From contig MU004247.1 of NCBI GenBank assembly GCA_010405405.1, positions 186,001 to 250,000 of the forward strand: DNA of 64,000 bases. Reading direction: 5' to 3'. The notes beneath the pieces were generated by a model. The model was given only the letters and a program-made list of their open reading frames with translations. It searched no databases and had not been told where the DNA came from. Made by a program: the position numbers and the translations under genes. Source of the stretch: Microthyrium microscopicum. Lineage: Eukaryota. Positions 35,147 to 47,600 of the stretch are shown here, in pieces (the first letter of the stretch is position 1; the number at the start of each line of letters is the position of its first letter).

Positions 35147-38100
35147 GACGAGGTAACGGAGAACGTTAGGAAGGCTGTATTTGAAGATCAGATGTCTGCC
35201 TATGAATGTTATGTTGAACGTAAACTTGCAATAGATATCAGATATCTGAATATGATGAATGGTACTTGGGCATATCAAAAGCATGCTGATATCCCATCCT
35301 TGTATGTATTTCCAGGTCAGATCTCAATGCAGACGTCGTGTAAGTCTAGTGCTCTCACAGCTCTTTTGCTAGATACACTTGGCATATCCTCCAGGTGATT
35401 TCCCTCCGTCTTACCTGGAAAAGTTTCATCTACTTCTCTTCCAGTCGGTCAAACTGACCGAGATGACCTTCATCTGTCAGATGACAAGTCCACTAGCAAA
35501 CTCAACTTGCATTCAACGTCCAGCTCAATAGTATTCACCCAAGTAGTTAAGGCCGTTGCTTTGTAGGCAGTATTCGATACTGACGGCAAATATAGCCCTT
35601 CAAGATCCTCATTCCATAGCTTGCAAGCGAAGGAGAATCTAGCGTATATATCTGTGAGTTCACGAAGTAGAGTACTTATGAACATCCCTCAAAAGCGAGA
35701 GATGAACATTCCTCCCGCTCAAATTCACCAAAGTACATCAAAATGTATAGAAGTTCTCTTCAGTTTATTCACTACATATCATTTGGTCCCTATAAGTCGA
35801 GGTTTTACAGTTCATGATATGGTAACGAATACAGGTGCCCTGGTTCGGACCAGATCCATGTTGGCAATATCAAATTCCTCCAAGCTGAGGTCATTCTGCA
35901 GGTCAATGATGAGAAGTGCTAATGATTTCTCGAACCAGAGACGGACTAGTGAAACGGTATGGTAAAATGTCTATTGCTTCTTACTGCATTTTCCTACCTG
36001 CCTTTATCCACGTCCACTTGTAGCTTGGGCAGGGAACTTTTACTTGTTCTATTCTCAATCGTGGTATTTTTCTGGCTCCTTTTCGTTGAAAGAGCGACGC
36101 AGTGGCTTGTATGATGACTTGGAAGAACTGACGACAGCTTTAGCAAAAGCGAGGGCGAGAAATAGTGGATTGATGATTCAAACGGAAGGTGTGATGCTTC
36201 TCAAGCTCCAACACAATATCTGGGCCCAAGAGCAGGACTTTATTTCATCCTCACCAAGTAAAGTACTTGAGATCAACATTGTTTCGGTCGCGAAATATAG
36301 ATAAGATAAAGTTTTACCATAGATACCTCTCAAGAAGCTGCAGACATGGCAGATATCAACTACATTGAAGCAAAGCAAATGACCGTCGTCTTAAAGTGCT
36401 TTTTACAATTTAAACGCCCTGTTATTAGAGCTCTTCCGTGCCATTAACAGACACGGATGACGAGCTAGAAACTTCCCACAGCTTACAGCAACTGTTTCAA
36501 AGCTCAAACACACATGAACGGCCATAGACCCAAATGGCTAGCATCTTTGATTCAGATGGCTCTGTCGCAGACAATGTTTATAGGGACGAGTTTATGCCCA
36601 GCGACTCCGAACGGCCGAGGATAGCATCTGTCAACAATCTGATTCGGCCTCGGAAGGTGCTCCAAGCACCAACAGCTGGGTTGATGAGAGTGACACCGAA
36701 CTGACAGACCCCGGCTTACAGCGTCTTTGAGTGGCAGACTGCTGCTACTACTGATCTTAGCGAGAACCGGCTTGAAGATTATCGGTATCTGGCAAGTCAG
36801 CGGCTTATGCCAATTCGCACTGAGGAGGGCAAAGTGTACCGCTGTCATGATTACGGATGGGAAGTTGAATACATGGACTGCTGATGCGGGATGACATATG
36901 AGGCACGGTACTTTGATCTATCTGATTCTGAGAAGTCTCTCTGATTCCGATTGTTGCCATGGCGTCGTCAACACCGACAGCGAGGAACAGCAGCTCGATT
37001 CTTTCGGGGTTGCGCCAGATTCGAGTGACCACTTGACGCGTTGGCTAACACCAAGCTCGGCCATCACGATAGCGATTTGGTGTACATCACAACTCACGAG
37101 AGCTCCCATGACGAGCACCAAACAAATCCATATCCATTTGAAGATGGCTCAAACAACTTGAACCTCGTTTGCGCTCTCTCAATACCCTGTCCTTTGATCT
37201 TGTAGCAGCATCTACCGATTAGCAAGCCAAGAAGCCTCATCATTCCGGTCTTCGTCTTTCCTTGGATCAAGGATTCTTAACGCACAGAGAGGCGATCGCA
37301 ACCTTACACTTTGAGCGCTTAAATCGCGAAGTGTACAAAGAGAAAACATAAAGCAGCACCGCGCTCTGTTGGACACCGTGAAGAAAATGGCAAACACACT
37401 GGGTACCGCGACCCAATTTATGATTTGGATGAGGAGTTACAGCTACGTGAAATCGAATCAGAGGAGGCGTTGCAGCAACGTGATGCTGCAAATAAGGAGG
37501 TATTGAAATACAGATCAGAGCTTGATGTCTTGACGTCTCAGAAATCAGTTGATGAAATGGAAGCATCGAGGGCTACAATTGAGAGCTGCGGCTGTGGCTG
37601 CTCAAGATTTCATTGAATTCGGCAAGAAAGTCGCCTCCTCGCGGAATAACTGTCAACGAACATGTCGGTCTTGAAGGCCTACACTTGGTTGCGAAAGGTG
37701 CTGTTCCCCAAATCTCTTGTACCTCCTAACATATGCTAGTTTCGACGGAAATCCACCAATCATAGCTAGAATAAAGAAGGTATAAGATTGGGCCTGATCG
37801 ACTTAGCGTTCCAAGCATTACATTCCGTAGGATATTCTTAGTATGATTGGTCAGATTGAACAGAAAGAGCCAATAAATGGTCAGCTCGAGAGATTCAGAA
37901 GGACAGCACTTTTCGCAAACCAGTGTACCAAAACTTGACCTTTTTCTCCGCAATAACTGCCTGAAGGTGGAGGCGACTCGGCGTTTTAATTATGTCCAGT
38001 GAGAAATAAAGGGAAACTATTTCTCTGACTTTCACGTCGTTACTTCCAACTAGTGATGCACGTATACGCAGTATTACCGTAGACCTCTCTACGAAGTAAT

Positions 38101-38436
38101 ACCGCCTGTTTTAAATGTACTACCTTTTACCATCTGGTAGTACATTCCTAATAGGTGTAATAGTGCTCTAGTCATGGACCCTGATATAGATTACCTAGAT
38201 TCTGCTTTATAAGAGATAGCGTCAATATCAATCCACTGAGACAAATCTTTTCAACTCTGAACCCTTTGATCTATTACTGGGACCGAAGCCTATTTTAAGA
38301 ATACTTATTGGACAGATGTTGCTTGGCGGTCGAAGGTAATACTCTTCGACATTTGGTGCATCACTACTTCCAACCCTTCAAACACAAATAAATATAGATA
38401 GCTTGACAAGGTAACTGAGAAACATAGCCTGGAGGG

Positions 38437-40022
38437 CTACATGATGCAACACAGAGGCCCAAGTATTAATGCTGCAGCCGAAATGCCCAAGGCTCCTGTC
38501 ATCACACCTAGCTGAGAAGTTGTTATCTTTCTCGAGTAACTTGCCTCCTGCATAACCCGGTATCTCTCCCGCTCGTCCATTTGCATTTGAATCATCATGG
38601 CCTGGTTACGAAGTTCCAGTGCCTGAATCTCAGCTTGTCGTTTGGCCTCCTCGAAGTTGCGGTACTGTTCCTGCAGTTTTGTTGAATTCTCATCCATGGT
38701 GTTCAGTTGGATTAGCTCCTGACTAAGGTTCTTGTCTCTTTGCAACACAAGGGAAGATGTTGTTCTCTCCAAAGCCAGCATCTTTGCCTCCTGCTGATCT
38801 GCCTCTTTACTCATTTCGTCATGTCGTCGAAGCAGCTTTTCCATATCCTCACGTTGCCGATTCATCTCATCTTCGTGTATCTGCCGCTGCTGCTCCATGG
38901 CCTCTTTTTCTTGCTCTTCCTGGGCAATCTTGTCTTTCAGTAGACTGTCAAAGTTTTTACGCAGGTCTTGGAGCTTGTTCTGGCTCATTTGCATTTCATT
39001 CTTGTACTTTTCTTGCATCTCCATCAATCTCTCAACATTCTCCGAATCATTTTCCTCGAGGTCCTCATCTAGTTCTTCTTGATTGTCTCGTAATCTGGAC
39101 TTGGCCCGCTCTCCTTCACGGATAGCTTTCTCTTCCAGTTTTCGACCAGCAACGGTGTCTCTCACCTGCAGTCCCTCATCAATCATCTCACGTTGAATCT
39201 TTAAGACTATAGAGCTTCGCTTGTTGATGAATTGTTCGACAATCTCCAGCGCGGATGCGCGAGTGTTGTAGTGGCGGAGAACCCGACTTTTTTGCTTTAC
39301 CATGGCTCCCCAGAACTCATCCGTTGTTTCGAGCTCTTCTTCACGACGTTCCCCGTCTTCTAGGCTCACTTTTTCCCAGAACGTGGTAGCTAGCACGACC
39401 GAAGGCATACACTCCTCTCCGCAGACATTTTTGAAGACTTCCAGGTTCTTCTTTGCCGTACCTTGCATCTTTGGTTCGTTTATAGGATGAAGATAGATGA
39501 TACCGTTGAGGATAATCTTCGGTTTTTTTGCATAGGCTACTCCGAGCCACATCGCAATATCGGCCAAGATTCTGGTGTCTGGTATGTGGCTGTCGTCGAA
39601 GCCGGGCGTGTCGATCAGCCATATCGTATGGCCCTTGTGTCGAAAAAAGTATAACTCGCAGTCGGAGGTGTCTTCGGGCCAACTTCGTCAGCTCAACCAT
39701 TTCGTATGCATGATCAAAGAGAACGGGGAGATGTACAAGATAGCTGACCATGTCCAACACCAACATCTTGTCCTGTACATAAGGAGATGAAAGTTGACTT
39801 TCCTGCTAGATATTAGCGGATGAGTTCATATCACAGAGAATACTTAGCTAGTAGCAGAGTGTGGTCTTACCCGAACCGGTCTCTCCCATAACAGGAATTA
39901 CGATATCAGAGGGCCTTCTGTTGTCAGCGATAAGCCCCCAGTATCCTTGAATTGTATTGAACGTACTGGATTGTCAATTTCTCCTTCCCTCTAGCATTTG
40001 AAGACTCTGCGTGACTTTCCAT
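38437..40022 (-). CDS. AIG1/GIMAP/septin-clade-like P-loop GTPase with C-terminal coiled coil, hydrophobic tail and CCaX motif (GTPase A, ~467 aa)
   Basis: Introns 39918-39966, 39803-39870 and 39672-39736 give VMGETGSGKST (G1), LIDTPGFDDS (G3), GIIYLHPI, NLEVFKNVCG and LATTFWE. These are followed by an E/Q-rich coiled coil and the ending LGVMTGALGISAAALILGPLCCIM*. Confidence 0.88.
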
Positions 40023-40451
40023 GTCTGGATATCTAGTTGTAGTTCTTAGACGAGAAAAACTGATAGCGTAGCAATTTGAGGTGTTTGAGAAAACTGTAGA
40101 GAACAATCGTAATCTGAAGCGACACGGCTGAGTTCTTAATGAATTGAATCATGAGGCAAAGAAGGCAACCGGTCACTCACGCATGCAGTTTAGGTCGCAT
40201 TTTATATGCACGTTCCGTTGTGCCGCTTACAACCTTTCCAAGATGATTGGATGCAGATTCGTCAGTCCACGACTCCACGTAGAGTCGAGTCACCCCCTGC
40301 ATTTCGCAAAAACAAGGCAACGAATGAGGCCTGCTTTGGGCATGAGAGGATCCCCAGGTCGCTTCGTTTCTAGTTCCGGGCACTCCAACAGCGAAATATC
40401 TCGAAATTACATCTTGTAAGTTGTGTAACGGTGTCGATTACGCTTGTCTCA

Positions 40452-42161
40452 ATGAGTGAAGGTTCGATCGGGCCAGATGATGTTCTCGTCGCAGTGGTAG
40501 GAGTGACAGGAAGTGGCAAAAGCCAGCTCATACAAACTATAACCCAAGACGACAGCATCGTAATAGGACACAATCTCAAGTCAGGTACGATGCAAGACAA
40601 CCTAGACATTTTGAAGGCATGACAACTGATAAAATTATAGAAACTAATGCCGTCGCACAATATGACTTCTCTGCCAAAGGTGTCAACTTTAAACTTATTG
40701 ACACACCGGGCTTTGACGATACGGATCTCGACGATGAAGATGTTTTCCGAATGATCTCAAAATGGCTTGAAGGATCTTATAGAAAAGGACAACAGCTGAC
40801 TGGTATTATTTACCTTAACCGAATAATCGACACTCGTCAAAAAGGCTCCGCCATCCGGAACTTGAGAATGTTCAAGAAGCTCTGTGGAAAGAATAATTTC
40901 AAGAACATCATTCTTGGTATTACCTTCTGGGACAAGGAGCCAGATCTTCATGTTGCAGAAGCGAGAGAGAAGGAGCTAAGGAAGACGCCAGAATTCTGGG
41001 GTGACATGATTGCCCAAGGCTCGCGTGTCGAACGGATCCCGAACGAACGCGAAGCCTGTATCAACCTCTTGCTAAGCCTAGCCCCAAACGAAAAAGTAAC
41101 TCTCTGTATCCAGAGCGAATTGGTCGACCAAGGCCTTTCGCTTGAAGAGACTGCCGCCGCAACCGAGATTCAGAACTATGAAGAACTCAAAGCTATTCGT
41201 GATCAAGAGGCTCGTAGTCTACAGGCACAGAAGAAAGCTCATGAGAGTGCGATCAGAAAGAAAGATCGCCACTTGCAGAGCCTCATGATGAGGGCAAGAA
41301 TAGATTTCGAGGCACAACAGCTAGCCGATCAACAGGCAGAAAGGGCACTGGAAGAGGAGAAGCTTGCGATCTTGCAGAAACAGGAAGAATCAAGGCGACA
41401 AAAACGAGTACAAGAGCAGAAACAGCGTCAACTAGAATCGGCGAAACTCAAAGAACAACAACGTGAGCTACAAATAAGCATTACTACGCGACAGAACAGG
41501 GATAGACACCAACGCCGCGTTCAAAGAGAACACAGGAGGTCGTTAGCTCATATTGCATCAATCAAGTCGCAGGCAGACTTGATCAAGACGTCCATGGGAT
41601 ACCGAAGAGTACAACAAACGGTCCAGGCAAACCCTCACTTCAGTGAGGGCGCCTTTTGTGATGTATGTTTACGCCACGTAACCATTGACACGCGATTTTG
41701 GAGTACGTACTGTCAATTTAATGGTATGAATTCTGCTGACTTATTTTGACAGGCTGCGCGGGATGTACCGAGAAGTTCGATTTTATAATGTGCAACATAT
41801 GCAAGCAGACAAAGCAGTATATATGCTGGTGCGACCCGATAGACTACCCAAACAGCGCTCATAATTTGCGACCAGCAACCTTTGGTCCTGCTGCTTGGCC
41901 ATGTCCACGAGCCGTACGGGGAGCTTATGATCTACACTGCGATAGCTGCTCCAAGCCACCAGGCAGTATATATCTTCGTATGTGGCCTTCATCAAGATGG
42001 ATGTCAGATGTTTTGCTAACCTTTCAGATTGCTGCATATGTTGCAATGATAATTTTGATTTGTGTGTAGAGTGCTGGGGACGAGGGGCCCATTGCCAAAA
42101 CCCGACATCACATTTCCTGATTCCATTCGGATGGGTTCCTCCTGGGGAACGACCACCTTGA
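40452..42161 (+). CDS. AIG1/GIMAP/septin-clade-like P-loop GTPase with coiled coil and two C-terminal ZZ-type zinc fingers (GTPase B, ~517 aa)
   Basis: Introns 40585-40640, 41703-41752 and 41978-42027 give VVGVTGSGKS, LIDTPGFDDT, GIIYLNRI, NLRMFKKLCG and GITFWD, then a coiled coil. The C-terminus has CDVC..WSCAGC..FIMCNIC and CDSC..YLHCCICCNDNFDLCVECWGRGAHC..H. Confidence 0.88.
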
Positions 42162-43009
42162 TTACAACAGGCCGATCATGTAATGTTTCAGTGCGTTCGA
42201 CCTTCTGGCAAACGGGAGAGATACCTACCTACTTAAATTGGCTCATATCTGGTTAATCGTGGATATAGAAAGAGCCACTGGAGTTTGATTTGGCGATCAA
42301 CAATACTAGACTCCATGGATTCATAATACATGGTCTTGTTTCTGAGATTGAGTATGATGGAGATCCGTTAAGATAGACTGATCAACCAATGCGAGACTCA
42401 ACTATTTTCAGGCGAGCTGTCAATGTTATCAAGCCTGGTCTATTGCTGCGATTCTTTGAGACGAGTAAATACTTGAGTATATCCCTCCCCGATCAAATAA
42501 CAAGAAGTACAAAGTGCAAATAGATACATTATGAATTCATTTGCCATAAACACGGGCCTCCACTCAGCTGAACGCCAAATCCACGTTCTGACATATACGC
42601 CGGTAAACTTATTCTGAAGCCCGCAATATCTACTCGACCTTCTAGCGACATTCGCGCCAAGCAGTTCAGAGGCTCTAAATTATTGGATAATGAAGACTTT
42701 CATGTGAAATATAGTAACAGCCAGTTGCGGATGCACCTGATATGTCTTACCCGATATGGCAAAACTCGGCCTATTTTAAGGTACGATGTCATGAAAAACC
42801 TTTAGTTAATTCTCCGGTACCTGAGCTAAATTCCACATGCTCGAACCCACTTTCAGCTTCATAGTTTCTATGCCAAAGATGAGTACTGTAACAGTAACTA
42901 TAAGTAAAGCAGAGACTTCTGCTTCCGCAAGTGGTTCCTCAACTTCCGTTCACCTTTCTACTCCTCTAGCAAAACCGGACCTTCATTCAATTCGGATGTT
43001 CCATTCATC

Positions 43010-43596
43010 ATGGCCAACCTTTATACTCGCCTAGTTTTGCTCTTGACAATTGCGATCAGTCCAACTCTGTGCTTGCCTCAACATCTACGGACTGGGGCTA
43101 CGTCGGGCCAGTTGACTTATTACAAACCGGGGATGGGCGCTTGTGGAAACTGGAATGGTGAAGGCGATGCGATTGTGGCAATCAGCCATATCGTATACGA
43201 CGAAGGTAAATTCCGAATACACCAAGCCGTTGCATTTGTGAGAATTATATATTCTGCAAGCAGTGTGGCTGTGACATTTCAACAACACTCGCCTGGTCGT
43301 TGGCTTGAAATTGCTAGACTGATCGTTCGATAGGAAATCGTGATGGAAATCCAAATAATAACGCGCATTGCGGCCGACAGATCAAGATCACCAGTGTCCA
43401 TGGACTTCCTGCAGACCAGGTTGTTACTGTACAGGATCGATGTAAGTGTGATTTGCAGAGATCTGCTAGATGCAAGCTGATGGTATGTCCAGGCGAGGGT
43501 TGCGCAGCTGGAGATTTGGATGTTCCAGAACAGCTGTTTCAAACGTTTGCACCGTCGTCAGCTGGGCGTATTCCTGTCGAATGGTATTGGATGTAA
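43010..43596 (+). CDS. Small secreted RlpA-like double-psi beta-barrel (loosenin/expansin-like, Asp f 7-like) protein
   Basis: Signal peptide; GQLTYYKPGMGACG, IVAIS, NPNNNAHCGRQI, VTVQDRCEGC, DLDV, GRIPVEW; introns 43206-43333 and 43442-43492. Confidence 0.88.
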
Positions 43597-44605
43597 ATCA
43601 AGTACAAACGTGAAGTTGATAGAAGATAGACTGGAATAGGTATTATGGTTAGATAAAAGTATATCACTGTTGAAGATCTGCAATCAATGAGATGGCTAAG
43701 TAGGTGGTGTGCTCCCATGGACTGCGATGCTCTTCTTTGGCCATAACTCCGAACCAAGTGTGTAATTTGCCTTAGAAAGCCTCCAGAACCGAGATACTTA
43801 TCAAGTACAATGTAAGATATTACTTCTTGAATTTTAAAGAAGCGATAACAGCAACAACGGTTGATGAGAACGTGCCAGCTATTTTGCCTTTAAGTTAGCA
43901 GTATTGAAAACCGATTGAGGTGAAATTAAGGTTGATGCCCGTCACACCTGTGTGTCGAGTAAGTGATGCACCAGCAGGGCGGATGTAAACGTCTATCCGT
44001 GGAAGATCTGGGGCACAGTACGACTAACTCCAACTGTTGCTCTCGCAAGATGGAAGAGAAGAGGTTAGATTGATGGCAAACGATATCAAAATGATATGCG
44101 ACAAGGACAGGGGTAGCGGCCGCAGCCGAACTGTTTTCCTTGTGTATAATGACGTGGGTGGATCGCTACTGCGGTTTTGAGTGGACGATAGGCATTCCAA
44201 CCAAAGCACGAACTACGCGAAGCTGGGAAGCAACCAGGATGCAGATCCTAAACATGCATTTTCCTGTTTGAAACATCCTAATCCTTCCTCCTATTCATCC
44301 TCTGAGCATTCTCCACTCCTCTATTATCCTTCTCTGTTCCTATTGTCATTCTTCCGAACTATTCACCTAGCCTGTTACCTGTAGAGTACCTTGCCGTATC
44401 CTCCTGTGAATGGGGCTGTGCGATTTCAATGACATATCGCTGCTTGAACATTCTCCACTTCTCCACAACTTGCATTTACTCATTTCTACCGCCACAACGT
44501 CTTACAGTTTGTCCATTGTCCACTGCATTGTTGTATGGCAGCTTTGCAGTATTGCATCTTGTCTGAACCGACAATCGATCGCTTTACCTCTTACTGCCAA
44601 CCATA

Positions 44606-47600
44606 ATGGCCGACATCCTCTCCAATAGCACTGCCGGCGCCCGCGCTGTCCAGGGTCAATCGGCATCTTCATTTGCCAGTGCCTTGGGATTCGGTATTCT
44701 GTCGTCCGTAGCACAACTGCTGGTATTCGTTCTCGTCAAAGACAGACTCCCTAACATCTAGTAAGAGCTTCAATCTCAAATCGGGGACGCCAAGGCTAAA
44801 TGTATATGCAGTCAACCCAAATCTTTTCTCGTGCCTGAGCGCCAAAGATCGAAACCCATTCCTCCTGGTATCTGGCAATGGGTCAAGCCCATGTTCGAAA
44901 AAGCAGATGACGACTTTCTTCGAAAATGTGGTCTGGACGCGTATTTCCTCTCCCGCTATCTCTTCGTTCTCCTCAAAATTCTCTTTCCCATTTCTGTCCT
45001 TGTTCTGCCAATACTCCTTGCAATCGACGCTACCGGCGGCAACAATATAGCATCGAATGTTGTTGGCACCGGCCGAAATGTTACTCAAGGACTCGACGTC
45101 TTGACGATGTCCAACCTCCAACCCAAAGTATACTCAAGATATTGGGCGCATTGCATACTGGCCATATTCATCGTAGTATGGACATGCTACGTGATTGTAC
45201 AGGAGCTACGTAACTTCATTCGGGTCCGACAGACCTTCTTGACCTCTCCTCAGCATAGACTCCGAGCCTCTGCAACCACTGTACTGGTTCGTGGTCTTCC
45301 TCGAAAGTACACTGACCCCAACAAGCTGGAAGAACTTTTTGACGTCTATCCTGGAGGCATTCGAAACATCTGGGTGACTCATGACTTTGTTGCTCTGGCC
45401 AAATTGATCAAGCAAAGAGATGGCTTTGCAAAGAAATTAGAGGGCGCAGAGACAAAATTGATCCAAAAATGTTGGAAAGCACACCGAAGTAACCTTGCTG
45501 TACAGAAAAAGTCAGGCTCGACAAAGGATGATGTCCCGCAGCTGGACGGTCCAGAAGAAATAGAGCTCGAAACTTTGACTGGAGAAGGAATAAGTATCAA
45601 TAATCCAGGTCAAGTGCATCACAATGTCGATGAAGCCGTCGACGCAATGAATCATGACGATGTTAAAGAAGAAGCAGCAGCACTGGGCAAACAAAACTTG
45701 CTAGGCCGAGGTATGGGCGCAGTCAACCAAGGAATACAAACTATCGGACGAGGGATTGGTGACATTGGCAACAAAATGCGCGGTAGAAGTAGCGAGGAGG
45801 GCGCTGATGGCGAGCGTTCCCGCGGCATGTCCAGATTCATTAGTCGCAAACACAAGAAAAATCGGTCGGATGGACATGATCAAGACACTGCCGAGGACGG
45901 TGATCCTGAAACCATCGAATCCAGGGACCAAACAGAAGATAATAGAGTATCCTCTGACAATGGACGAGAGTCAAATATGGAACGCAAATCCGGCGAGACA
46001 GGAAAGGAACTGCCGTTTGATCCTTATTACGACCAGGACAATCATCTCACACCAGAATGGGCCAAGTACATTGGCGCAAAAGATCGACCGACCATGAAAG
46101 TAAAAACAAAGACAAAGTTCATACCATCTTTCATGAATCCTTGGGCTACCAAAGTGGATACCATATACCATTGTCGAAGAGAACTCGCCAGGCTCAACAA
46201 ACTCATTGAACGCTTGCAGAACCCTGATAACGAAGGTCTATATCCCTTGATGAAGTCTGCTTTTATTCAATTCAACAATCAGGCTGCTGCTCATATGGCC
46301 TGTCAATCTTTGGCTCATCACAGCCCAACATTCATGACTCCTCGTCTAATCGAGATCGCTCCAAATGATGTGATCTGGGAGAATATGGCAATCCCTGGCT
46401 GGGCTGCTGTTATTCGAAAAGGCATTGTATTCGTGGTTTGCACTGTCCTGGTTGTCCTATGGACGCCGTTGATTGCGCTTGCATCGGCATTCTCACAAGT
46501 CGATGCCTTGAGGAAGAACAAATATTTCAGCTTCCTCAGTTATCTACCTCCAATCGGTATTTCCATCGTTCAGGGTGTTGTTCCAGTCATACTCGTCTCT
46601 CTTCTTATACTTCTTCTGGGAATCGTCCTTCGAGTCGTCGTAAAGCGAGCTGGCGCACCTACCAACATGATGGTTGAACTCACCGTTCAGAAATACTTCT
46701 TTGTGTTCAGTTTCATCCAATATTTCCTCGTCGTTACCATTGCATCTGCATTGGCATTACTCTTTACTACACTCACTGCCGCTCTTGAGGGGGGTAATAT
46801 CTCCGTTTTTCTCATTCCGCAGCTGCTGGCACAAAACATTCCTATATCAAGCAATTACTTTCTGTCACAAATCTTGCTACAGAGCTTGTCTCAATCTGCC
46901 GGTGGCCTGCTTCAGCCTATAACGTTGTTGGGATTCGCCTGGAACTTCTTTCGAAATCGATCGGCAAGAAAGCAGTTTCGCTCAAGGACTTCGCTGCAGA
47001 CGATGAACTGGGGAACAACATATCCACTTTACACGACACTGGCTTGTATTGCATTGATCTACTCGGTAATCTCACCGCTCATTCTTCCACTGTCTATGGT
47101 TGGTTTTGGCATCTGGTGGATATCAACCAGATATCAAATGCTGTACATCTACTCGTATCGCACGGACACATCAGGCTTGCTGTTTCCTATGGCTCTCAAA
47201 CAGCTGTTCACTGGCCTCTTTGTTCTGGAGCTCTTCCTCATTGGCTACTTCATCATCATTTCTACTGGATCTAGTGATGATCCCAATGCATCAACAGCCG
47301 CTGTTATTCCAATGACTGTGGTCATGGCAATAGTCCTCGTAGCCACCATTATATTCTTCTTTGTCCTCAAGAGCAACTTCGACCCGCTGCTCGAGTTTCT
47401 TCCCATAACATTGGAAGACGACGCCGTGAAGCGCGACGAAGAGTTCGAACGCCTTCTGGCTGAACAACATGCTCCCGAGGATGAAACAGAAATGCTGCGA
47501 GGCGCTGCTGAGGGCGGCCCAGAAGACCACGACGATGACGAAGAAGATGCTAAGAACATTAATGACCCTGTCCGCGATGTCGAAAGTCAAAAGCGTCCCG

